Shown here in pieces: positions 53,338 through 63,176 of a DNA stretch of 64,000 nucleotides. The DNA comes from a virus. A model generated the notes under the pieces. The model was given only the letters and a program-made list of their open reading frames with translations, searched no databases and was not told where the DNA came from. How positions within the stretch are numbered: the stretch's first letter is position 1; each line of letters begins with the position of its first letter. Location: IMG/VR virus record IMGVR_UViG_3300001533_002283, positions 32,001-96,000 of that record; one strand, given 5' to 3'. Made by a program: the position numbers and the translations under genes.

Positions 53338-54453
53338 TTATTCTTTCACACAGTTATTATAATCAACTCTAGCATAATTTGGTATTCCGAGTCCCGTTAA
53401 TCCCATATAAAGAAATGTTACTTTTTTACCAATCCATTGCTTTTTATTTTTCAAAAACTCCACGCCCTCTTCGTAAGTTCCTTTAAAAGTAGCATCAAAT
53501 ATTTTCCCATTCCAATTAAGAGTAATCCTCTTTCCTGTTCCCGCCCAATCGCCGACCCCTTCCGTAATGTCAAGAATAACTGCCTCGCTGTCATCTTCTG
53601 ATTTTAATTTTAATAAGTTGGAACTTCGTTTGTTCTCATAGGGTGAATCGGGAACTCTGATGATTGCGCCCTCTTCTTGGTTTTCGATGAGCTTGTTAAA
53701 ATGCTTATAAACCTCCTCTTCGTTATTGCAAACGATTGTATTTACCTCTTTATAATAAGGATTTCCAGTCAAATTTTTTGCAATAGTTTTAACTCGCTCG
53801 GAATAAGGAGATTCTTTTGTCAAACCATCAAAATTATACCCGTCGTAAACGTGATATTTTACCAATTCTTTACTTTTTAATAAATCATCATCGCTGATAT
53901 GAACCGTCTTGCGGATTAACTTCATCGTTTCGTTCAATCTAGTTTTCATTCCGTCCCCCATCAACTCGCCATCAAGAACCGCGTCGGGGTATTTTTGAAA
54001 AAAATCAATTAAAGACCCCTCGATGTGTGGCGCGCTAATGAATCGCTCGCCTTTTCTAGAAAATAATCCGCTTCTTGTTGCGACGCAGCGACTTCCATTG
54101 TATTTTAATTGGAGGTAAAGAGGGTATTTAAGTTTGCCCTTCCTGTCTTCAAACTTTTTCGCTAACATCGGACTGACATACAACTCTTTATCAATATCTT
54201 TAACACTCTCGAAATAACCGGCTTTTAGTTGTTTGAGGTATAAAGAGGAAATTTCTTTCTCCACTTGTTCTACGCTTGTGGTTTCATTTGTGCGACCAAC
54301 ATTTTTCCCATCGCAGTAAACCCATCCGGTTTGGACTAATTTACCATCAAGCAACCCGTAAGATTGGCGATAGGCGCTTTCTTCCTGTTCAACATACCAG
54401 ATTCGAGTGCCGCCATTTGAGTCGCGGGAGTAAAGAGTTTTGTGAGTTATCAT
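53338..54453 (-). CDS. ATP-dependent DNA ligase with N-terminal WGR-like domain
   Basis: PMLAK, QLKYNGSR, FSRKG, LDGEL, HVYD, EGAIIR, KRS..LLKLK. Confidence 0.9.
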   Translation of the reverse strand: MITHKTLYSRDSNGGTRIWYVEQEESAYRQSYGLLDGKLVQTGWVYCDGKNVGRTNETTSVEQVEKEISSLYLKQLKAGYFESVKDIDKELYVSPMLAKKFEDRKGKLKYPLYLQLKYNGSRCVATRSGLFSRKGERFISAPHIEGSLIDFFQKYPDAVLDGELMGDGMKTRLNETMKLIRKTVHISDDDLLKSKELVKYHVYDGYNFDGLTKESPYSERVKTIAKNLTGNPYYKEVNTIVCNNEEEVYKHFNKLIENQEEGAIIRVPDSPYENKRSSNLLKLKSEDDSEAVILDITEGVGDWAGTGKRITLNWNGKIFDATFKGTYEEGVEFLKNKKQWIGKKVTFLYMGLTGLGIPNYARVDYNNCVKE

Positions 54454-54470
54454 TTTTTGTTGTTTTAAAA

Positions 54471-55004
54471 TTATTTCATTAGCATCTCGGGATTTATAAA
54501 CACGTTCCCCACTACCTCATACTCATAATGGTTTTTAACTAGCGCTGTGGAAGCCACCCCACTCTCTTTCCACGCATCGCAAACCCAAGTGTATATCACC
54601 TTATATTGGCAAAAATCAACATCATAACCGACAATTCCCCGCGCGTAAATTATATCGGGGGAGGGAAGAGGTTTGGAAGTATCCAAATGGTAAATCCCCT
54701 CACCCATTTTCGTCCGCTCGAATTTGATGGGGTATAGAGCTATTACGTCGCCGTCGTAAATCTCCTTTCTATTTTTGTCTAGAAGTCCGGTGAATTGTTG
54801 AACAGTGTATCCAATACGGGGTCCGGGCCAAGAAACATGATGTGCGAATTGCTGTTGATTCTTTCCTTTGTTTACAAACCATTGCCCATTAAGAGTTAAA
54901 ACGGAAGGTTCGTATGCTTCGGCAACAATATAGGGATTGTCTCGTGGATAAACAAAGATTTTGTTTAAATTATCCCAAACACGAAATTTAATAGGTTGGC
55001 TCAT
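54471..55004 (-). CDS. YopX family protein
   Basis: IKFRVWD, QQFTGLLDKNRKEIYDGD, EVVGNVF. Confidence 0.85.
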   Translation of the reverse strand: MSQPIKFRVWDNLNKIFVYPRDNPYIVAEAYEPSVLTLNGQWFVNKGKNQQQFAHHVSWPGPRIGYTVQQFTGLLDKNRKEIYDGDVIALYPIKFERTKMGEGIYHLDTSKPLPSPDIIYARGIVGYDVDFCQYKVIYTWVCDAWKESGVASTALVKNHYEYEVVGNVFINPEMLMK

Positions 55005-55010
55005 GGGGTG

Positions 55011-55529
55011 TTACTTGATATTTATTTTGCACCATTTCCTTAATTTTGTCAATCCCGTTTTACTCCCGATGTTAAACAAAACTATCTTCTCCTTCTTACT
55101 AATCTCTATTCCAGTGGCAGAACCCCCAACCACCTCGCCTTCGGGCGTCCAGCACACGGCCAAATGGCTAAGTGTTTGGTTATCGGAACCTAGTAAAATT
55201 CCCACGTTTCGAGCGTGAAAGATTTTATGATTAAGTTTTAAATTATCCCAGTGTTTGACATATTGGGAAGCAATTTTCCAGTTTTCTTCGGTGTGTAAAA
55301 TACCATTATAATGATTGTTATAACCTTGCCAAGGTAAATAAAGTTGGATGTTAGACTCTTTCTCTGCCTTAACAAACCCAAGTCTCGCCGCCTCGTCACA
55401 ACCAATCGCTCCGCCCGTTCTGAGAACCCATCCTTTCTTTGCGAAAAACTCGGCGATTTTAGTTAAGTTTCCCAAGACTTCGGGAGGTGCGTCACGGGAG
55501 CCCCATATTGAGATGATTTTACTTTTCAT
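55011..55529 (-). CDS. DprA/SLOG-fold protein
   Basis: IWGSRDAP, LRTGGAIGCDEA, YLPW.GYN, HARN..ILLG, CWT..G..GGSA. Confidence 0.8.
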   Translation of the reverse strand: MKSKIISIWGSRDAPPEVLGNLTKIAEFFAKKGWVLRTGGAIGCDEAARLGFVKAEKESNIQLYLPWQGYNNHYNGILHTEENWKIASQYVKHWDNLKLNHKIFHARNVGILLGSDNQTLSHLAVCWTPEGEVVGGSATGIEISKKEKIVLFNIGSKTGLTKLRKWCKINIK

Positions 55530-56398
55530 ATTTTAACCGGGATTACCACCAGAACAAATAGCAATATTTAAATTATCTTCTCGTTTAATTATTTCTACCG
55601 CTACCGCGAATAACTCGTTCGGGTTATTACCTCCATCTACCAAAATCTTTCCTAACTTCAATGCCGCCGCAAGAACATTGCAATTATCCTCCTTCATGTG
55701 AAACCTGATATATTTTTCGTAATCTGCAACAATACCCTGCCATTTATTCCCGCGCAAATCACGATAAAACTCCCAGCGTTTTTCAAGATCAAAAAGCAAA
55801 TTAATTTCTTTTTGAGTTAGCATTTTAAACAGCGTCTCGCAAATTCATTAGCCGCATTCTTTCTTCTAATAGCTCATCAACTCTTTTATACCACTTAGCC
55901 TTATCTTCATTCGTCCGCGCGTCAATCCAAAATGTGCGGGTCATAGAAATGGTTTTATCCAATTCTTCAATTAGTTTAATATATTGGTTGGTCATAAGTG
56001 TTATGCCTTTTTGTTCTTCAACGACTCTAGTTTCTCCTTAGCTTCTTTCAAATTCCGTTCTGCCCGCTCTAAATCGTATTTCGCCTGACGGGCTTTTCTC
56101 AACTCTTCTTTCTTATCTCGTTTGATTTTTTGTTCGGCTTGCAGGCCCGCACCGTCGATTACCGACTCACCACGAACGAACTTACTAATTTGAATAAGTG
56201 GTTTAATTTGTTCGGGAATGTGGCCGAACCCGGATTTGGCGGTGCCGAGGGTGTAATAAATCTTTTTGGGCGGTTTCCAACCTTGAAGGCAGTTGCCCCC
56301 ATAACCTTTCCAATATTTTTTAAAAGAATCTGGGGTTAAAATTTCGCCGGAGTTTTTAAAAGTTAGAGCGAACAGTTCGGTGTAGATTTTAGGTTTCA

Positions 56399-57037
56399 TT
56401 AGTAATTCAACGATTCCGAAATAACAGGAAATTGGGTTTTAAAAAGTTCACGAATTGCCAACGCAATATCCCGATGTTCTTTTTGTGTGTGCGTATCGCA
56501 ACGCACCTCAAAGTAATGAAGCCAACTACGAACAGTTCCAGACATATAAAGCGTTGTAGTCGTATTTAAGGGGAGAATCATACGAGCACATTCTTTGGCA
56601 ATTCCCTCCCCGATTAGTTGGTTATATGCCATTTCAGCAGATTTTTGCGCAAGTTCGACCATTGCCGCTGCTTTGTCACTCAATAATACATCGGAGTCGC
56701 CTACTTGACGATTAGTTTTGCCTTGCGCCCGCCACTCAAGTTGCTCGGCTCCGGATACTTGCGCATATCGTTGGGATAATTCCTGAAACGAAAAAGATTT
56801 GTGGCGAAGAATTTGGGCCGCTATTGCGCGAGAGGTTTTAATTTCTACGCAAAGGGAAGCTTGTTCAAAGATTGACCAATGTTTATTATTAATACAATAT
56901 TTGATAAGTTTCGCGCCAGTCTCCACGTTTAGTTGATTAGAGGGATTTGAAACGCGGGCGTTATGAACAATTAGCTCTTCGGCTGTTTTAATGCCCTCAA
57001 CGAGGGGCTGTGTGATTGAAATTAGTTTAACTTTCAT
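56399..57037 (-). CDS. thyX: FAD-dependent thymidylate synthase
   Basis: ARVS, HWSIFE, QILRHKSFSFQELSQRY, ECARMILP, R...HTQKEHR. Confidence 0.95.
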   Translation of the reverse strand: MKVKLISITQPLVEGIKTAEELIVHNARVSNPSNQLNVETGAKLIKYCINNKHWSIFEQASLCVEIKTSRAIAAQILRHKSFSFQELSQRYAQVSGAEQLEWRAQGKTNRQVGDSDVLLSDKAAAMVELAQKSAEMAYNQLIGEGIAKECARMILPLNTTTTLYMSGTVRSWLHYFEVRCDTHTQKEHRDIALAIRELFKTQFPVISESLNY

Positions 57038-57042
57038 AAATT

Positions 57043-57630
57043 TTAAATTTCTATATGTCTCCAAGTTTTATTATGTTTTATTGCCCATACCAAAGATTTT
57101 GACACCCCTCTGTTTTTTGCGACTTCGGATTGCCTTTCCCCATTCGCCAGATCAATTTTAATTAATTTCGCCAATTCATTGGAAATGCTTGCCAAATTAC
57201 TTTCCTCGCCCAAAGGCATCGTTCCATGAGTGAATTTATCATGTATATTTTCTTTTTGGGTTTTATACTCTAAATTATCTGCACAGTCGTTGTTTTTATT
57301 GCCGTCTTTATGCGTTATAACCAAACCCTTTGGCTTCGGTCCAATCCAATAAAAAGATACCAATTCATAGAACTTTATACTCTTCACTGTTCTTGTCCCA
57401 TTTTCATTTTTGCATAAAAGAAACCTTCTGTATCCATCCTTATCAAGACCCCCTTTCAAAATACGAAAATCATCCAATCGGAATCTTTCTTTTTGTCTTC
57501 CCCCGATTGGAGTAAAGGAGCGGACTCTCCCAAAACTACTGATGTCGTAATTCGGAAAATCTACTATGCGCTTCCACTCCTCACCATCCAATTGTTTTTC
57601 AGTAGATAGGCTTATAGTGTTTACTTCCAT
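57043..57630 (-). CDS. NUMOD4-HNH homing endonuclease
   Basis: EEWK....YDISSFGRVRS; HKDGNKNND...NLEY.T.KEN..; C-terminal HTH. Confidence 0.88.
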   Translation of the reverse strand: MEVNTISLSTEKQLDGEEWKRIVDFPNYDISSFGRVRSFTPIGGRQKERFRLDDFRILKGGLDKDGYRRFLLCKNENGTRTVKSIKFYELVSFYWIGPKPKGLVITHKDGNKNNDCADNLEYKTQKENIHDKFTHGTMPLGEESNLASISNELAKLIKIDLANGERQSEVAKNRGVSKSLVWAIKHNKTWRHIEI

Positions 57631-58328
57631 AAAGTTACAATATTTGTTGATATATTTGTCCCAGACTCTTTAAAAACACGCTCGGGAACAGACTCAAATT
57701 CCCATTTTTTATCCGAAATAAAATTTACAAATTTCTTGTCAGTCAAAGAATTTGGCGTAATGCAAACAACCTTACCACCCATTTTTACAAAATCGTAGGC
57801 GTGAATAAGATGGCTGATCCATTGCCGCTTACAAAAGGGAGGGTTCATTATCGCCACATCTACTTGATTATCAGGGCTTACCTTTAAAAAATCCGCTTTA
57901 ACAACATTGAGCCCATCACAATTTTCGGGTAAAATATCAACTCCGGTAACTTCCCTCGCCCCTTGCTTAACACACTCGCGCATAACCCGCCCGTCTCCGC
58001 AACTTGGTTCTAAAACCGTTTTGCCTTTTACATCGGCCAGAGAAACAATTTTTTCAACCAACCATTGGGGAGTATAAAACTTTTGTGTTAATTTCTTTTC
58101 ATCAACCGCCACTCCCTCCTCAATGGCGAACAAAAGTTTGTTGGGGTCGCTCTTGAAGATGTGACAACCTTCCTTTCGGGACCATTCCGCATTAACATTT
58201 AAGAGGAAATCCTTAACTTTTTTATACGTCTTGGGATCAAGTTGCCCAGTGAGAAACAACTTGTTCCCTTCAATTCGCGCGGCGCGTAATACTGATTCAA
58301 TTTCTGGTGTTAGTTTTTGGTTAGCCAT
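57621..58328 (-). CDS. amino DNA methyltransferase (NPPF type)
   Basis: FYTP, VLEPSCGDG, DFL, MNPPF, FKESGT; start moved to ATG 58328. Confidence 0.85.
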   Translation of the reverse strand: MANQKLTPEIESVLRAARIEGNKLFLTGQLDPKTYKKVKDFLLNVNAEWSRKEGCHIFKSDPNKLLFAIEEGVAVDEKKLTQKFYTPQWLVEKIVSLADVKGKTVLEPSCGDGRVMRECVKQGAREVTGVDILPENCDGLNVVKADFLKVSPDNQVDVAIMNPPFCKRQWISHLIHAYDFVKMGGKVVCITPNSLTDKKFVNFISDKKWEFESVPERVFKESGTNISTNIVTLWK

Positions 58329-59101
58329 AGTATCACTTATAGAGGCCGAACAAAGAACCAAGTTTCTTGCACTCTTCGTTAAACTTTTCCTGACTAGTTT
58401 CAAGATGTTTGGCGTTCAACAAACCAATTGCATTACCCATGATTTTAACAAGAAGCACTTCGTTGGCATCACGGTCAGAGTCAAACACAGAGTTAGTCTC
58501 AAATGTTCTGGGTTTGACTTTTCGTGGAAGCTGTCCCGCCCCATTAACGGAATATGTAGAGCCATCGGCGTCTGTTGATGATAGTAGTAGTTTTATTGAT
58601 TTCATATTATTTTTATATTTTTTGTTACCGTATAAACTTTTTAATTGCTTAATTTTTGAATATCTCTTTCGATTCTCTCTCGCTGAATCAACAAGTCATT
58701 TAGCTTTTTCTGTCGTTCCTTATCGCTCTTTTTTCTGACCTCACCAATCTGAATATCAATCAAGTCGCGGCCCCAGTTTGAGCAAACTTCCGGGGAAACA
58801 CATGCCAAGTTACTCGTCCCGCCAGCGTTCAATAACATCAGGATAAAATTTAGGCGGTCGGTATCGGTGGGGGTGGTATCACTCATGGTTAGTCTCTGTG
58901 GCGAGCATTCACCTTTTCCGCGATCTCGTCAAGTTCTTTTTCAGCAAGAAGTTTCTTGTATGAAGCGACGACCCAACGGGTGGCTTCAAGGGTTGTCATT
59001 TCGTCGTCTTGACAAAACTCTTCAACATATCCCGCGATTTGACCAAGCATGGCGGAGTGGGATTCTAATTCTTTAATTCGTTCGGGAGTGGGGTCCATGA
59101 G

Positions 59102-60208
59102 TTATTCTTTATAATTCTTAATATCGTGTTGAACCATTCTCCACACCAAATCTTTAAACTTAACCTTTGGCTCCCAACCTAAGTCCTCTTTAATTTTCTT
59201 TGGTGTTCCATGCAAATAAACAACATCGGCAGGACGATAAAACTTTTCGTCAATTTGCACGGCCAAAACCTGACCATTTAAAATATAACCCTTTTCGTCT
59301 TTGCCCTCCCCTTGCCAAGATAAAGAAAAACCAGCGGCAAAAAATGCAAGTTCAATTAGTTCTTTAACCGTGTGGGTTTCTCCAGATGCCAAAACATACT
59401 CTCTAAGAAAAGAAACGGCGTATTCAGAATAATTTCCTTCTGTATAAAATTTTGGATTTAAATCTTTACGATAATTCTCTTGGTTCATCATCATCCAGAT
59501 TGCTTCCATGAAATCAGGGGCGTAACTCCAATCGCGCTTTGACTCAATATTACCAACGGAAATAGGAGCAGGAATTTTACCTAACTGATTTGTCTCGTGA
59601 TAAATTCTTGCAACTTCACTACTAATTTTTCGGGGCAGAAATGCCTTGGACCTGCGTTCGGACTCATGATTAAATAAAATCCCATGAATTGCATATAGAT
59701 TATAACTCTTTCTGTAACAATTAACTAGGTGACACGCGGCAATCTTCGACGCGGCGTATGGACTTTTAGCGGATTGAATGTGAAGTTCATCCATTGGAAG
59801 ATAGACCGGTTCAGAAAATTGCTCAGAAGTTCCAGCCGAGTAGAAACGGCAAGATGGTTGATAGAGTCGAATTGCTTCAAGACAGTTAAGAACCCCTACT
59901 GCATTAGTTTGAAAAGTAGCGGCAGGAATTAACCAACTTTCGGCAACGTGACTTTGGGCGCAAAAATTAAAAAAATATGCAGGTTTGTGGTCCTGAATTA
60001 GCTTATTGACCGCGACAGGATCGGTAATATCGGCAGAAGCAACTTTAAACCGAGGGTTATTCAAAAGGTGTTTGTAATTTACTTCATTAGGATTACTTTG
60101 TCGGCGTAATACTCCCACAATATTCATATCAGTATTTTCCAAGAGATAATCTGCCATGTGAGGAGCGTCCATTCCTGACATGCCCGTAATGATTGCAATT
60201 TTTGACAT
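59102..60208 (-). CDS. gmd: GDP-mannose 4,6-dehydratase
   Basis: ITG..G.D, AQSHV..SW, SPYAASK, GILFNHES.RR, GN..SKRDW, YRPADV..L.G. Confidence 0.92.
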   Translation of the reverse strand: MSKIAIITGMSGMDAPHMADYLLENTDMNIVGVLRRQSNPNEVNYKHLLNNPRFKVASADITDPVAVNKLIQDHKPAYFFNFCAQSHVAESWLIPAATFQTNAVGVLNCLEAIRLYQPSCRFYSAGTSEQFSEPVYLPMDELHIQSAKSPYAASKIAACHLVNCYRKSYNLYAIHGILFNHESERRSKAFLPRKISSEVARIYHETNQLGKIPAPISVGNIESKRDWSYAPDFMEAIWMMMNQENYRKDLNPKFYTEGNYSEYAVSFLREYVLASGETHTVKELIELAFFAAGFSLSWQGEGKDEKGYILNGQVLAVQIDEKFYRPADVVYLHGTPKKIKEDLGWEPKVKFKDLVWRMVQHDIKNYKE

Positions 60209-60240
60209 AATGTTATTATTGTTTATTTCCCCCAATTAAG

Positions 60241-61314
60241 TCAAGCGGAAACTACTCGCCACTCAACATCTTTGAAACAACTAAGGTCTCGCCCGCCCGC
60301 ATAAGAAATTTGTGACTGAACAGCTTGTGTTAATTCACTATAATACTCCGCATATGTTTTGCCATTACAGGGAATTTCAATGGTTTTACCCTCAATATGT
60401 TTAATCTCTTGGCCGGTTTTTTGCTTTGACTCGGCTGACGCGCTTCCATAATATCGCTTATGAGTAATCCTGCCTTTTGATTCGTGGATTCCAGTGTCAC
60501 TGTAATAAACCTTGGCATTGCCATAAATATTTTCCCCCGGCGCATCAACGCACGAGGCAAACAAACTTCCAATCATAACCATAGGGATGTTTAAATTTTT
60601 ATAAACTTTTCCGGCTCTACCTCCATAAGTATACTCTCCTTGAACACTGGTAAACCCAATAATCGCCCGCGCGATGTCCCCCGCCTCGCGAACCCCGCCG
60701 TCTAAAATAACGGGAATTTTTGCCCATTTACCCGCTTCTAGTGCCGCGCTGAACATAGGAGAACCGAATGACGTGGTGGGAAAAGTTAGGCATGCCCTCC
60801 CCGTTGAAAGCCCCACCTTCAAGCAGTCTGCGCCAGCATTTTGCAAAAACTCAACCGAATCTTTATCGCCCCAAATATTTCCCGCAATCACCTTAGTATC
60901 GGGGAGATTTTCTTTAATAAATTCAATCATATCGGCGACCGAATCACTAAACCCGTGAGCAACATCAATGCACGCGAAATTCACCCGACACTTACTTTCA
61001 GAAATATCTTTAATCAACTCTTTATCGCTCTCTTGAACGCCTACAGAGATTGAAATTAACGGCCACGCCTCCGCCCGCGCACGTTGAAGGAATTTTCGAG
61101 TATCACCAAAGCGATGATAAATGTAAAAATGATTATTAAACGCCAACCATTTACAAATATCTTCATTCACAACACTTGCCATATTACTTGGCGTTATCGG
61201 CAGGGCAAATCTATACCCACAAAAGTCAATGGATGTATCGCATTCCGAGCGAGATTTAACCACGCATTTGCGGGGAATTGAAGTGATTTGATTATAATGT
61301 AAGGCTTGAGTCAT
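60241..61314 (-). CDS. guaC: GMP reductase
   Basis: SRSECDTS, PSNM, DVAHG, IAGN, KVGLSTGRACLT, DGG, YYGSAS, IEGK, ISYAG. Confidence 0.9.
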   Translation of the reverse strand: MTQALHYNQITSIPRKCVVKSRSECDTSIDFCGYRFALPITPSNMASVVNEDICKWLAFNNHFYIYHRFGDTRKFLQRARAEAWPLISISVGVQESDKELIKDISESKCRVNFACIDVAHGFSDSVADMIEFIKENLPDTKVIAGNIWGDKDSVEFLQNAGADCLKVGLSTGRACLTFPTTSFGSPMFSAALEAGKWAKIPVILDGGVREAGDIARAIIGFTSVQGEYTYGGRAGKVYKNLNIPMVMIGSLFASCVDAPGENIYGNAKVYYSDTGIHESKGRITHKRYYGSASAESKQKTGQEIKHIEGKTIEIPCNGKTYAEYYSELTQAVQSQISYAGGRDLSCFKDVEWRVVSA

Positions 61315-61664
61315 GGTTATGTCTATAATTTTTATTTTTCGTTCAAAACTTTAGCTATATTTAATTCCATCCGCGCGTTTTCCAACTTTTTAGTTAAAAT
61401 CTCAACAAGTTTCTTCTTCCTCGCTAATAAAGACTTTGCCGCCTCTTCCTTGGTTGGCCAAGCGTATTTTTTACGAGCGTTTTTTCTAACCAGTTTGGTG
61501 TATTTTAGATTAGTGTCCCAATTATAGGTAATTCGCCAACACTTGGGGGTTTCTTTCGCGAGGAAAAATTCGGTTAGTTCTAACTTTGGATAAGCACGAC
61601 CAACGTTTTCGTATTCGTCTAGATCGGCGTAATACTTTGTTTCGTAACGGTAGAACTTCATATT

Positions 61665-62075
61665 TCAATCCTCTTTCTCAAACACACTCCCAACAACCTC
61701 AACAGTTTTCCAATCTATTTCGTCAAAAAAAGAATGTCCCCAGCGGTCTCCGGTTTTCGTGTAATTCTTCCCGATTAAAAACGAGGCAGTATCCGCATCG
61801 TAATAAACTTCTTGATTTTTATACTCCTCGCGCTCTCTACCATGCGCCGCCCCGTGAATAAAAAACGAGATTTCATCCCCTTCGTAAATTTCTATCCCGT
61901 TTTTATCCAAAAGACCGGTGAATTGCTGAATTTCAGCAGAGCAATCCGCCCAAGGGCAGTTATTTAACTGACCCAAAATAACGGGATCGCCCTCAACGGA
62001 GTTTGAGATTGAAAGGGGACTGGAGTAATAATATTTATCTCCATCTCTGATTCTAAATTTAATTTCTCGACTCAT
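61665..62075 (-). CDS. YopX family protein
   Basis: REIKFR, QQFTGLLDKNGIEIYEGD, EVVGSVFE. Confidence 0.85.
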   Translation of the reverse strand: MSREIKFRIRDGDKYYYSSPLSISNSVEGDPVILGQLNNCPWADCSAEIQQFTGLLDKNGIEIYEGDEISFFIHGAAHGREREEYKNQEVYYDADTASFLIGKNYTKTGDRWGHSFFDEIDWKTVEVVGSVFEKED

Positions 62076-62378
62076 ATTTTAATTCTCCTTAAACGATTCA
62101 AATTTAAATCCATCGGGAAACACTAAAGAGTTGCCCAACACTTTTTTAAACAATTCGTCATCCGCGCTCCCATCATAGTCATCACCAATTTTTTCTCGGA
62201 ATGTGTAAGGATGCGGGACGATTTCACCTTTGTTGAGGAAACCCCAAGAGAGATAACCACCGCGATAACGGAGGTAAATTTTTCGATTGTCTTCGGTAAG
62301 GGCTTCTAGTTGGTAGGGCGCGGCTCCGCCTTCTTCAAGAATTTTTTTGATTTTGACGGGAGTGACTGACATAGGGCG

Positions 62379-62407
62379 AAACTAACCGATTGCCGCGCCC
62401 CTGTCAA
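62379..62407 (-). promoter_or_regulatory. sigma70-like promoter
   Basis: TTGACA-17-TAGTTT, 6 nt before ATG 62372. Confidence 0.7.
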
Positions 62408-62416
62408 TAATTTTCG

Positions 62417-63007
62417 TCACCCAACCCAATTTTTCTCAAAAAACCGCGCGCACAAGTAAAGATAGTCGCTCAGTCTATTAAAATATTTCATGGTGAGTTC
62501 CATGTTGTCTAATCGCCTAGTGAGAACATGCGTCCATAGCACCCTCTCAACTCTGCGACAAATTTTTGAAGAAATGTCAAAATGGGTGGAAACTCGGTTG
62601 TGGCCGTAAATCACCCAATCAGCGGGAATGAGTGATTTATCTTCCTCAAAAACATTCACCCTTCTTTCTAACTCCTCTAGGTTTTTCAAAGTGAGTGTAG
62701 GAAAACTTTTCACATAACGTTCCACTTTATCACTCTCACAGATGATTTCCCCCATAATGGTAATAAGAAGTTTTTGAATATCCTCTAAGTGGCCCGCCAC
62801 GTCATAAGCCACGGGACAATCCTCAACAGAAAGATATAAACTCTTGTGGGATAAAAACTCGCGGGTTTCTAATTTTGATAATCCAAGATAGGAACTTAAC
62901 TCGTCAATTACTCCAACCATTTCAATTCGATAGTCTGATTTTGCCACGCGGGTTCCGTAGAGGAGTGATGTGGTGCCGCTGTCACCGGTTTTAGTTGCGA
63001 TTTTCAT
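62417..63007 (-). CDS. PduO-type ATP:cob(I)alamin adenosyltransferase
   Basis: KIATKTGDSGTTSL, K...IE..G..DEL.S.LG, ICRRVER, YFNRLSDYLY..AR. Confidence 0.88.
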   Translation of the reverse strand: MKIATKTGDSGTTSLLYGTRVAKSDYRIEMVGVIDELSSYLGLSKLETREFLSHKSLYLSVEDCPVAYDVAGHLEDIQKLLITIMGEIICESDKVERYVKSFPTLTLKNLEELERRVNVFEEDKSLIPADWVIYGHNRVSTHFDISSKICRRVERVLWTHVLTRRLDNMELTMKYFNRLSDYLYLCARFFEKNWVG

Positions 63008-63176
63008 AGGTGTGAGTGTTGTTTGTGGGGGTGTTAACTAATTGATGAATATAGGGAATACACAATTTGCATTTTGTTGCGCAAATTTTATTTTGTTGTA
63101 GGTTAGAGAGGGTTTCCCCTTGGCGAATCATTTTGGCGATTTCTTCCAAGGGGATGTTGTGGCAAATACAGAACAT
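62991..63176 (-). CDS. Bfd-like [2Fe-2S] protein
   Basis: CICHNI...I...CATKCKLC.. Confidence 0.75.
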   Translation of the reverse strand: MFCICHNIPLEEIAKMIRQGETLSNLQQNKICATKCKLCIPYIHQLVNTPTNNTHTYENRN

